Source: an uncultured Acidimicrobiia bacterium
GTDB taxonomy: Bacteria > Acidobacteriota > Terriglobia > Versatilivoradales > Versatilivoraceae
Direction: 5' to 3'
Length of the DNA stretch: 64,000 nt
Assembly: GCA_963786955.1 (NCBI GenBank)
Contig: CAWBAT010000005.1
Location: forward strand, 608,001-672,000
A program made the position numbers and the translations under genes. Positions 10,643-20,222 of the stretch are shown piece by piece. The notes under the pieces are model-generated. The model was not told the DNA's origin. It searched no databases and was given only the letters and a program-made list of their open reading frames with translations. How positions within the stretch are numbered: position 1 is the first letter of the stretch; each line of letters begins with the position of its first letter.

Positions 10643-10853
10643 GAACCCACCCCTACACCCCTCCGGCGGAGGGGAATTAGGACAAGTCCCCCTTGGAAGG
10701 GGGCAGCAGCCCTAGGCTGCGGGGGATGTCTTGGGCGCATTAATGAACCCCAGTACAAAGCATTGTTCATTGCCCATTGGTCATTTGTCATTGAGTTAAA
10801 TTTTCATTCCAAAAAATGTTAAATGGCAAATGAACGATGAGAAATGAACAATT
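10643..10853. repeat. Composite intergenic repeat (GC hairpins + inverted heptamer arrays)
   Basis: acccacccctacacccctccg also near 16984; ggctgcgggggatgtcttg also near 1096; heptamer arrays 10761-10853. Confidence 0.7.
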
Positions 10854-10923
10854 TTCTTCCTCTAATGTGAACCAAAATACACGAAGCCCGATCCCTTAAG
10901 TATTTGGACACTCTCTTCCTGAT

Positions 10924-12792
10924 TCATTCAAACAGCTTCCAACGCGCCATCGCTGATTCCATGGCACTGGATGCCGTCTGCCCTAATCCGCAGATGGAGG
11001 CATCGCGCATGGCCTGGCTGACTTCTTTGAAGAGAATCAACTCGTCCTGCATCGTGCCAATGAGAGTTCCGTGACTTAAACGATGCAGTAACTCTTCCTG
11101 TCGCACCGTCCCAACTCGACAAGGAACACACTGACCACAGGACTCGTCCCGGAAGAAAGCGGCAATGCGAGACAAAGTCCCTTTCAAGTTCACGCTACTG
11201 TCGAATAAAAGGACGACACCCGAACCCAACGTGGCGCCAATGGTTCGAGTCCCTTCAAATGTCAGAGGAACATCCAACTCTTGGGGAGAAACAAAAGCTC
11301 CAGCAGCGCCGCCGAGCAAAACCGCCTGCAGTTTTCCGTTGCCTCCAACCCCACCGGCCAGTTCGATCAATTGTCGGAGAGTCGCACCAAATACGAGTTC
11401 ATAGACTCCGGGGCGATTCACATGTCCGGAAAGGCAGAACAGTTTAGAGCCGGTTGAGCGCTCCGTCCCGCAGCCGGCATAGCCAGCACCACCTTCCTTG
11501 ATCACCTCCAAGACGTTCACCAAAGTTTCTACATTATTGACCACTGTGGGCTTACCAAACAAACCGTGTTGGGTTGGGAAAGGAGGCTTGTTCCGTGGTT
11601 CGCCTCGGTACCCTTCAATCGAGTTGAACAAGGCGGTCTCTTCTCCGCAAATGTAAGCTCCCGCTCCCCGCCGAATTTCAATCTCGAAGGAAATACCCTG
11701 ATCGAGAATGTTAGAGCCGAGCAAGCCGCGGGATCTCGCCACCTCAATCGCATGCGCCAATCGTTCGGTAGCTAGGGGATATTCTCCGCGGACATAGAGA
11801 AAGCCCTTCTCACAACCCGTCGCAAATCCGGCAATCGTCATGGCCTCAACGAGAGCAAACGGGTCTCCTTCCATAATCACTCGATCCTTAAACGTGCCGG
11901 GCTCGGACTCATCGGCATTGCACACGAGGTAGTGTGGCTGTTCGGCAGCATGAGCCACCGCTTCCCACTTCTTCCCCGTTGGGAAAGCCGCTCCACCGCG
12001 GCCCACCAGCCGGGAGTCGATCACTTCCCGGACTACGGGATCGGCGCCCATTTCCAAAGCCCGGCGCAATGCCGCATAGCCTCCGTGGGCCTGGTATTCA
12101 TCGATGCTTTCGGGGTTCACCGTTCCGACACGGCTCAAAAGCCGCAATCCTGCCTGGCCAGCCTGGGGGACAGAGCGTTTCAAGTCATGGTCATCCACAG
12201 GGGAATGATTTAGGTTCCGGCTCTCTTTTAGAATAGACGCGATTCTGTCAGACGCCACCGGAGCCAGAACTCTTTCCTGAGGCTGGGTTCCGCCTACTGA
12301 AAGCAGCGCTGCTGGAGCACGCTCGCAGAGGCCCAGACAGGGACTGCGCAACCAGGTTGTCCTTCCATCCGAGCTGGGTGTTCCTGCGTCTCCGAGGCTG
12401 CGCTTTAAACGGTCGCACAGGTTTTCGGCTCCGGCAGTTTGGCAGGCAATATCATCACAAACATGAACAACAACCGGCGGGCGAAGTGTCATGGAGAAAA
12501 GACCGTAAAAACTGGCCACTCCATAGGCCTCCGCAGGAGGAATGTCTAATCTCCGGCAGGCATAATTAAAAGCTCCAGTCGCAATCCAGCCAAAACGAGC
12601 TTGGATGGCATGTAATACCGGCAAAAGCAGGTGACGCTGTAATCGCGCACTGGGTCCGCCAAAGGCAACATGCCCTTCCAAATCGATGCGGCGCTCTCCT
12701 CCCCACCAGCCTGAATTGGAAGGTCCCAAAACTTTGTCGACGGATTCTATTTCTTCCGGTGTCGCGACAATATCAGCAAATCGAAGATCCAA
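10924..12792 (-). CDS. NuoE-NuoF fusion, NAD(H)/FMN diaphorase subunit of formate dehydrogenase
   Basis: CDDIAC, CLGLC; GRGGAAFPTG, NADESEPGTFKDR, GAGAYICGEETAL, ESCGQCVPCRVG. Confidence 0.92.
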   Translation of the reverse strand: MDLRFADIVATPEEIESVDKVLGPSNSGWWGGERRIDLEGHVAFGGPSARLQRHLLLPVLHAIQARFGWIATGAFNYACRRLDIPPAEAYGVASFYGLFSMTLRPPVVVHVCDDIACQTAGAENLCDRLKRSLGDAGTPSSDGRTTWLRSPCLGLCERAPAALLSVGGTQPQERVLAPVASDRIASILKESRNLNHSPVDDHDLKRSVPQAGQAGLRLLSRVGTVNPESIDEYQAHGGYAALRRALEMGADPVVREVIDSRLVGRGGAAFPTGKKWEAVAHAAEQPHYLVCNADESEPGTFKDRVIMEGDPFALVEAMTIAGFATGCEKGFLYVRGEYPLATERLAHAIEVARSRGLLGSNILDQGISFEIEIRRGAGAYICGEETALFNSIEGYRGEPRNKPPFPTQHGLFGKPTVVNNVETLVNVLEVIKEGGAGYAGCGTERSTGSKLFCLSGHVNRPGVYELVFGATLRQLIELAGGVGGNGKLQAVLLGGAAGAFVSPQELDVPLTFEGTRTIGATLGSGVVLLFDSSVNLKGTLSRIAAFFRDESCGQCVPCRVGTVRQEELLHRLSHGTLIGTMQDELILFKEVSQAMRDASICGLGQTASSAMESAMARWKLFE

Positions 12793-12859
12793 TCAGGACT
12801 CCTCGGGATGAAACATCTCATTATTTTTCTTATTATTTGCGATCGGCTATTTTCAATTT

Positions 12860-14806
12860 CTAACTGACTTTGACGCCTTCCGCAACCGATGCGATTTCGT
12901 AGTCTTTCTCAGCAACTACCTTGTCGATTCGGATCGCCGCGGCCTTGAATTCCGATGTGCCAGACTTGGGGTCCACGGCGTCAATGGTCAAAAAATTGGT
13001 AGCGACTTCATCAGGAAAATGCATCGTCATAAAAGTGAGGCCGGGACGTAAAGAGGAATCATAGCGCACCGCGACGAGCAAAGATCCCCGGCGGGAACTG
13101 ACCCTGACTAATTCACCCTCAGCTATCGCATAGCGGATCCCGTCTTCGGGTGAGACGTCCAGAGTCTCACTCCGACGAAGCGGAGACGTAAAGCCGCCCG
13201 TCTGAACCCCCGTATTATAAGAGTCGAGGCGACGACCGGTGGTCAAACGGAGCGGATACTGCTCATCCAGAGGGTCGACAGGCGGAACGAATTCAACAGC
13301 ATTAAAGGATGCAGCGGGGCCCACTCTGGGTTTCTGCCAAAGGCGGCTGTGGAGGAACAACTCACCTGGATGCGTTTCGTCGTAACAAGGCCACTGCAAG
13401 CCTCCCATCGCCTCCAGTCGGACATAACTCATCCCTGCATGGACCGGGCTTAGAGAGCGCAATTCATTCCACAAATCCTCGGCAGAGGGACTCCCCCAAT
13501 CTTTCCCCAGGCGGCGTGCCAACTCGCAGAGGATTTCGAGATCATCCTTCGCATCGGAAGGAGGATCCATTGCCCGTCGGACTCTTTGGACGCGGCGCTC
13601 GCTGTTGGTCACGGTTCCTTCAGACTCATTCCATCCGGATGCCGCCGGCAGAACGACATCGGCCATTTCGGCAGTCGCGGTTAAGAGGATGTCCTGCACC
13701 ACCAAGATATCCAGGCTCTTCAGGAGCCGGACGGCCCGTTCTTGGTCTGCTTCTGATTGGGCCGGGTTTTCCCCAATGACGTAAAGTGCCTTGAATTCTC
13801 CTCGATCCATTGCATCAAACATACCGCTCAAGTGCATTCCCCGTTGGGGGGGGATTCTGGCATTCCAGGCTTGCTCAAACTTGGCTCGGAGCCCTTCATT
13901 CTCGACATGTTGAAAGCCAGGAAGCCGATCGGGAATCGCCCCCATGTCTCCCCCTCCCTGCACGTTGTTCTGCCCACGCAAAGGATTGAGTCCAGATCCG
14001 TAGCGCCCGACATGCCCGGTGAGAAGCCCCAGATTCAGCAAGGCAAGAACATTATCCACCGCGTTATGATGCTCGGTAATCCCAAGAGTCCAGCAAATCA
14101 TGGCTCGATCGGCGCGAGCATAAGCATGTGCCACGTCGCGAATGACCGCTGCCGGAACTCCCGTTATCTTCTCGGCAAATTCCAGAGTATAGCGGTCCAC
14201 CGATTGGCGAAATTCCTCAAATCCGGTGGTGGCATTCTCTATAAATGACTGATGTTGCAAGCCTCCAACAATGATCTCCCTTGCCATGGCGTTGGCCAAG
14301 GCAATGTCTGACCCCACGTCCAGACCCAGCCACACATCGGCCCACTGGGCGGAACTGGTCCGTCTGGGATCAACTACATACAACCGGGCCCCGTTATGAA
14401 TCCCCTTCAAGACATGGTGGAAAAAAATCGGATGAGTTTCGCGCGCATTCGATCCCCAGAGAATAATCAGATCCGTCTCTTCGGTCTCGCGATAGGAACT
14501 CGTCCCCCCTCCCACACCGAAAACCGTCGCCAGACCGACGACGCTAGGGGCATGTCAGGTACGGTTGCAACTATCGATGTTGTTGGTCCCGATGACCGTG
14601 CGAGCAAACTTTTGCGCGAGATAGTTCATCTCGTTCGTTGTCTTCGAGCAGCTGAAGATTCCGAAGTTCTCGGGTCCATGTTTTTCCATGGCCGCCCGAA
14701 ATCCCTGGGCGGCTCGATCTAATGCCTCTTCCCAGGTAGCCGGACGGAGGCTGCCGTTTTCACGGACCAGTGGTTGGGTCAATCGGGTCTTGCGCCTTTT
14801 CATCAT
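12860..14806 (-). CDS. fdhF: Selenocysteine-containing formate dehydrogenase catalytic (Mo/W-bisPGD) subunit; UGA at 14557-14555
   Basis: NNIDSCNRT-UGA-HAPSVVGL is in frame with the 12860..14515 ORF; PLRGQNNVQG. Confidence 0.9.
14518..14554 (-). promoter_or_regulatory. Bacterial SECIS element
   Basis: After UGA: CATGCCCCTAG-CGTCGTCGGTCTGGCGACG, stem-loop with apical GGUCU about 11 nt downstream, as in the E. coli fdhF SECIS. Confidence 0.8.
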
Positions 14807-15113
14807 TACCTCTCGAAATCACTCTGGAGTTCTGTAAATTCCTACCAGAAGTAATCACCACGAAACTCAACGATTAATTGATGAGTTGTGCTTACTCACA
14901 GCTCAGATCCAACCGTTCTCGCCTTGCAAGTCCTTTTCCTTCTAACGAATGGCAGTGTACCGTCAATCCGGAGGGTTGACAAGTCGCTATTTCAGACCGG
15001 CTCAGCGAAGGTGAAAGCTGGAAATGGAGAATGAATCGTAAACAATGAACACTCAATCTGGATCTGTTTTCATTCTCTTGGACTACCTTTTCCTCTTAGT
15101 AGCTTATGGCAAT

Positions 15114-15755
15114 TCAGCGGCGTCCAATCTCAAGGATCTGTGCCTGGATTAGTTCGATACGCTCTCTAGGCTGACTGTTTTTCCCTGTTGGCACTGAGGC
15201 AATCTTGTTCACTGTCTCCATCCCGGAATAGACCTTTCCGAAGATGGTGTATTGGTTGTCCAGCTTTGGCTGTGGGGCAAGGCAAATAAAGAAAGAGGTA
15301 GACGCACTTCCCGGTTTATCGCCGTGCGCCATAGAAAGAGTCCCGGCCAGATGTTTCAAGCGGCTGAATTCTGGCTGCAGCGGACGCACGGCAGATTCAT
15401 ACTCTTGTATTTCAAGAGGTGGGTGCCGAGTCCCCAGATCCCCTCCTTGAATCACGAAGTTTCGGACGACTCGATGCCAGGCCGTGTGGTCGTAAAACCC
15501 AAGCTGACAGAGCCCAAGAAATGTGCGCACATGCACGGGAGCGACATCTGGGAAAAACTCCAGTTCAATTTCCCCCAGCGAGGTCTTCAGAACGACGCGA
15601 TAATTTTTCAGCTCCTCTCTCGATTTCACGGAAAAAGAGACCCATGTTGGGGCGATCTTTTCTTTGGGTCTATCTCCCGGGAGGTTGTTCTGCCGGTTTT
15701 CTCCGCACGCCAATAAAAAAAACATGGCCGGAAGGAATATACTTTTTCTCTTCAC
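15114..15755 (-). CDS. Cyclophilin-type peptidyl-prolyl isomerase, probable lipoprotein
   Basis: WHRVVRNFVIQGGD, GTLSMAH, TSFFIC, YTIFGKV; LLAC lipobox; GTG start inferred. Confidence 0.88.
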   Translation of the reverse strand: MKRKSIFLPAMFFLLACGENRQNNLPGDRPKEKIAPTWVSFSVKSREELKNYRVVLKTSLGEIELEFFPDVAPVHVRTFLGLCQLGFYDHTAWHRVVRNFVIQGGDLGTRHPPLEIQEYESAVRPLQPEFSRLKHLAGTLSMAHGDKPGSASTSFFICLAPQPKLDNQYTIFGKVYSGMETVNKIASVPTGKNSQPRERIELIQAQILEIGRR

Positions 15756-15795
15756 AAGGATTTTCTCCTTGAATGGACTATAATCCTGAAAAATC

Positions 15796-16797
15796 ATGCC
15801 TCAATTGGAGGTCTCAGTGGAACAAGATCTTTCTCGTGAATTCCTGAAAGTGGTCGAAGAAGCGGCCATTGCTTCAGCCAGAACAATGGGTTTTGGGGAA
15901 CGAAAAGTCTCGGATCATGCCGCCGTCCAAGCCATGCGCAAAGTGATGGACACCATTCCCATGAATGGGACAATCGTCATCGGCGAAGGCGAACGCGACG
16001 AGGCTCCCATGCTCTACATTGGAGAAAGAGTTGGGAGGAGCGGGCCCGACCAGGCTCAAAATCATGAAGTCGATATCGCTGTCGATCCTCTGGAAGGCAC
16101 CAATCTATGCGCCATGGGCACTGCGGGAGCGATAACAGTTTTGGCCTGCTCTGAGAAGGGTGGGTTGTTGCACGCGCCGGATTGCTACATGGAAAAAATC
16201 ATCGTGGGGCCTTCCTGTAAGGGAGCTATCGATCTGAATGCCCCGGTGAAAGACAACCTGCGCGCCATTGCCAAAAGGTTGGACCGGGACATTGAAAATC
16301 TGGTAATCGTGATTTTGGACAGGCCTCGACATGCGCAGCTGATTGCCGAGATTCGCGCAGCCGGAGCACGAATTCGCCTCATTTCCGATGGGGACCTTTC
16401 GGCTGGAATCAGCGTGGCCTTGCGCGGCACAGGCGTTCACGCCGTCATGGGAAGCGGCGGGGCTCCGGAAGGAGTGCTGACGGCGGCGGCACTCCGATGC
16501 CTGAATGGGGAAATTCAGGGGCGTCTGGTGATCAAAGATGAAAGACAGGCCGAACGCATGACCCAAATGGGAATTCGAGATCTCAAGAAGATTTACTCGA
16601 CAACGGATCTGGCGTCGGCCAAGAACATTATTTTCGCAGCCACCGGGGTCACGGATGGAACCCTGCTCAAAGGAGTGCGTTTTTTTGCTGTTGGAGTGCG
16701 AACCCAGTCACTTTTGATGAACCTGGCCCACCGGACGGTGCGATTTGTGGATACAGTCCATCTTTCCGACCGGCCAGACGTGCAAGTGAGGTTCTAG
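15796..16797 (+). CDS. glpX: Class II fructose-1,6-bisphosphatase
   Basis: [49 protein letters not shown]. Confidence 0.96.
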   Translation: MPQLEVSVEQDLSREFLKVVEEAAIASARTMGFGERKVSDHAAVQAMRKVMDTIPMNGTIVIGEGERDEAPMLYIGERVGRSGPDQAQNHEVDIAVDPLEGTNLCAMGTAGAITVLACSEKGGLLHAPDCYMEKIIVGPSCKGAIDLNAPVKDNLRAIAKRLDRDIENLVIVILDRPRHAQLIAEIRAAGARIRLISDGDLSAGISVALRGTGVHAVMGSGGAPEGVLTAAALRCLNGEIQGRLVIKDERQAERMTQMGIRDLKKIYSTTDLASAKNIIFAATGVTDGTLLKGVRFFAVGVRTQSLLMNLAHRTVRFVDTVHLSDRPDVQVRF

Positions 16798-16844
16798 ACT
16801 TTGAAGGGCCCTCTCAGAGGAGCACTGGAATTACGATAAAACCC

Positions 16845-17060
16845 ACCTTGGGTGAAGGATCGAGAGAAGTCCTCTCTTGGGAGGGGAGTGCAGCTTTGAG
16901 AAAGCTGCACGCTCCAGCCCTTAGGGGTGGGTGCGGTTCCCGCTGGGAGCGCGAGTATCCTACCCGCATTTCGTCAATAACAAACCCACCCCTACGCCCC
17001 TCCGACGGAAAGGAATCACAACAATACCTGTCTTGTGGGGGTAGATACGCCCCGCACAAA
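16845..17060. repeat. GC-rich palindromic intergenic repeat
   Basis: aggggtgggt...acccacccct inverted pair; related to the 10643 element. Confidence 0.55.
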
Positions 17061-17199
17061 TGTTCTAGCACGAAAATAAGACAACAAAAACCGATGGGGA
17101 GTCCCCGATTGACTAAACGCTGGTATCAGGCATAATCAACTCAAGTCGTCAAAAGCCTCGAGGCAACGAGGACGAATTTTTCTCAGCCTAATTATTCAA

Positions 17200-18696
17200 A
17201 TGACAGAAGAACTTCTTTCACCCTCCGAGAATTCTCGCAAGCGTGTCGTCCTAGTCGGAGCCGGAGACGCGGCCCTGGGTCTGGCTAAGGAACTTGCATT
17301 GAACCCTAACCTAGGGGTTCACCCCGTGGCAATCGTAGATGATGATTCGTGCAAGCACGGTACGACGATCTGCAATGTACCCGTTGTGGGGTTTATCCAT
17401 GAGCTTGAGAAACTTGTCAGAAACAACGAAGTCGATGAGGTCTTTATCTGTATTCCAAGCGCCACTCGTTCCGAGATCAGCAAGATACTGGCTATCTGCT
17501 TGAGCTGTGGAATCCCAGTCCGGACGTTGCCTTCCCTGGGCGAGTTGATCAACAAACGCACGAGTTGGCGAGAGTTACGCCAGCCTTGCATTGAAGACAT
17601 TCTCCAGCGCGCCGAGATTCTTTTTGAAACCAACACAGTTTGTGAAGTGATTCGCGGAACGACAGTCCTAGTAAGTGGCGCCGGTGGCAGTATTGGTTCA
17701 GAGTTATGCCGTCAGATTGCAGCAGCAGATCCTCGCTGCCTCTTGCTTCTTGATAAGTCGGAAAACAGTTTGTTTTATAGGAACTTAGAGATACGCGACC
17801 ATTTTCCCAACCTTCGAACCCATCCATTGCTCTTGGATGTCGTCCAAAGGCAGCAAGTTGAAAGGGTATTCCGCGAATTCCGCCCGGAATTGGTCTTCCA
17901 TGCAGCTGCATTTAAGCACGTCGGTTTGTGCGAGGGTCATCCCGTCCAGACAATGCAGAACAACGTCATAGGGACTCGCAATATCGCCATGGCGGCTGCG
18001 AGCGCAGGAGTCCATCGATTCGTCAATATTTCCACGGATAAAGCGGTCAAGCCTACGACAATCATGGGCCTGAGCAAAAAATTGACAGAATTGTCTATCC
18101 AGGAGATATCCAGGTCCTATCCCGGACGATTTTCCAGTGTCCGTTTCGGGAATGTGGCTGGAAGCACTGGAAGCGTCATTCGTTTGTTCTGGGACCAAAT
18201 CCAAAAAGGCGGACCTTTACGAATCACAGACTCGAGAGCCACCAGATACTTCATCGCCATTCCCGAGGCCGTGTATTTAATTATCCGGGCTGCTCAACTC
18301 TGCAGAGGCGGTGAAACATTCGTATTTGATATGGGAAAGCCCATAAGCATTCTTGAACTCGCAAAGACTCTCTGCTTACTTTCAGGGCTCAAACCCTACG
18401 TGGACATCCCGATTGAGTTCGTTGGCATTCAAGAGGGTGAGAAGATAAACGAAGAGCTTTGGGAGGACTGGGAAAAACCCCGGAGAACTTCAACCGACGA
18501 GATTTTGGTCATTGCAGAGCGAGATCCAAGATCTTTTGGAATTCTCAAGGCTATTGAGAAACTCGATAGTTACATAGAAGAAAATAATGCCATCGAACTC
18601 GTGGAGTGCGCGCGACACCTCTGTACTGATGTCAGGAGAACATCGGAGGATCCCGATGCGCAGCGCCAGTGCCTGGTCGCGAGGAGCAAAGCATGA
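17200..18696 (+). CDS. CapD/PglF-like UDP-sugar 4,6-dehydratase (no N-terminal TM region)
   Basis: VGAGDAA, GAGGSIGSELCRQ, FHAAAFKHV, ISTDKAV, VRFGNV. Confidence 0.92.
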   Translation: MTEELLSPSENSRKRVVLVGAGDAALGLAKELALNPNLGVHPVAIVDDDSCKHGTTICNVPVVGFIHELEKLVRNNEVDEVFICIPSATRSEISKILAICLSCGIPVRTLPSLGELINKRTSWRELRQPCIEDILQRAEILFETNTVCEVIRGTTVLVSGAGGSIGSELCRQIAAADPRCLLLLDKSENSLFYRNLEIRDHFPNLRTHPLLLDVVQRQQVERVFREFRPELVFHAAAFKHVGLCEGHPVQTMQNNVIGTRNIAMAAASAGVHRFVNISTDKAVKPTTIMGLSKKLTELSIQEISRSYPGRFSSVRFGNVAGSTGSVIRLFWDQIQKGGPLRITDSRATRYFIAIPEAVYLIIRAAQLCRGGETFVFDMGKPISILELAKTLCLLSGLKPYVDIPIEFVGIQEGEKINEELWEDWEKPRRTSTDEILVIAERDPRSFGILKAIEKLDSYIEENNAIELVECARHLCTDVRRTSEDPDAQRQCLVARSKA

Positions 18697-19904
18697 ATGT
18701 CCCTCTCTCTCTCCCTGATATTGGCGATTTGGAGGTTCAATATGTAACGGATGTCTTACGCAGCGGGCATTTAAGCATGGGCCCACGTTTAAGAGAGTTT
18801 GAAGATAAGTTTGCCAGCTATGTGGGGACACGCTTCGCGGTTGCCACAAATAGTGGCACGTCTGCTTTGCACCTTATTATGCGGGCGCTTGAAATTGGCC
18901 CCGAAGACGAAGTCATCACCACATCCTTCAGCTTTTTTGCCTCTGCTGCATGTATTTTGTATGAGCGAGCCTTACCTGTTTTTGTCGATATTGACCCTTT
19001 CACGTTGAACATAGATCCCACCCAGATTCGCTCCTTCCTTGAAGAACGATGTTTCAAAGACCCGCATTCGGAGGGCTACATCGATCGTCTTACGAGCAGA
19101 AAGGTCAAGGCGATTTTACCTGTTCATCTATTTGGGCTACCGTCTGAGATGGAGCCGATCCTGGACCTCGCGGCGGAGTATGGATTGTCCGTGATTGAGG
19201 ATGCATGCGAGGCGTTGGGGGCGAAATACCGTGGCCGTAACGTCGGCACATTTGGCCGAGCGGCGGCTTTCGCCTTTTACCCTAATAAGCAGCTGACCAC
19301 TGCTGAAGGGGGCATGATCGTGACCGATGATGAGCCGATTGCATTGCTCGCGAGAAGCATGCGGAATCAAGGTCGTGACACCGATTCCGGTTGGTTGCAG
19401 CACGTGCGGCTGGGATACAACTACCGTTTGAGTGATGTTCACTGCGCCATTGGCATCGCCCAGCTGGAAAGACTCCCCGAGTTGCTGGAGCTGCGGTCAC
19501 ACGTGGCCGACCGTTACGATCATTCCCTGGCGGGAGTAACCGGCCTGACGCTGCCCTATACACCCCCGTGGTGCGACCGAAGCTGGTTTGTTTACGTCAT
19601 CCGGTTCGACGGCTGCGCTCACTCATCGAGAGCAGTTCAACGCGACCGGGTCATGCAGGCGCTAAGAGCTCAAAACATAGGATGCCAGCCCTATTTCCCT
19701 GCCATTCACCGACAACCCTATTTTCAGGAAATCGGGAGTTGCGAATATGGGCGCTTAGCCAATACGGAAACTGCCGCTGACAGTTGCTTGGCTTTGCCGA
19801 TGTTTTCAAAGGCCAGCCCAGAGCAAATTGGTTACGTTTGCGAAAATCTGCTCAGCGTCCTCAAAGAAGAACCGGTGGAACTAATTCGTCCACATTCGAA
19901 ATAA
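18693..19904 (+). CDS. DegT/DnrJ/EryC1/StrS PLP sugar aminotransferase
   Basis: NSGTSALH, PVHLFG, IEDACEA, FYPNKQLTTAEGG, GYNYRLSD. Confidence 0.95.
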   Translation: MNVPLSLPDIGDLEVQYVTDVLRSGHLSMGPRLREFEDKFASYVGTRFAVATNSGTSALHLIMRALEIGPEDEVITTSFSFFASAACILYERALPVFVDIDPFTLNIDPTQIRSFLEERCFKDPHSEGYIDRLTSRKVKAILPVHLFGLPSEMEPILDLAAEYGLSVIEDACEALGAKYRGRNVGTFGRAAAFAFYPNKQLTTAEGGMIVTDDEPIALLARSMRNQGRDTDSGWLQHVRLGYNYRLSDVHCAIGIAQLERLPELLELRSHVADRYDHSLAGVTGLTLPYTPPWCDRSWFVYVIRFDGCAHSSRAVQRDRVMQALRAQNIGCQPYFPAIHRQPYFQEIGSCEYGRLANTETAADSCLALPMFSKASPEQIGYVCENLLSVLKEEPVELIRPHSK

Positions 19905-19980
19905 AGATGATTTCCAGCGCCTAGACATTATTGGCACCAGGGTTGGTCAAAGGATCCTCTCCGTTGGCTCTCCTACGCTA

Positions 19981-20176
19981 CCTGCCAGGTAATGGGTTGG
20001 TTATGGGGGGATTACAGCATCGGTAGCCACGCGGAATTCACTTTCAAATTCGTCGTGGGTTATCCGGACGCCAGGAAAAGCCCACGGCGAGCGACAGCGG
20101 TCGCGCAGAAAAGCGCTCGCCGAGGCTACCCAAGCAGAACCCAATCCCCCCGATAATTAACCCATTACCCGGCAGG
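19981..20176. mobile_element. MITE-like element with ~33 bp terminal inverted repeats
   Basis: cctgccaggtaatgggttggttatggggggatt ... aatccccccgataattaacccattacccggcagg with nested internal palindromes. Confidence 0.65.
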
Positions 20177-20222
20177 ATGCATCCAACTTGCCCATCCAGT
20201 TCGTTCAGTTTATTCTGTGTGA

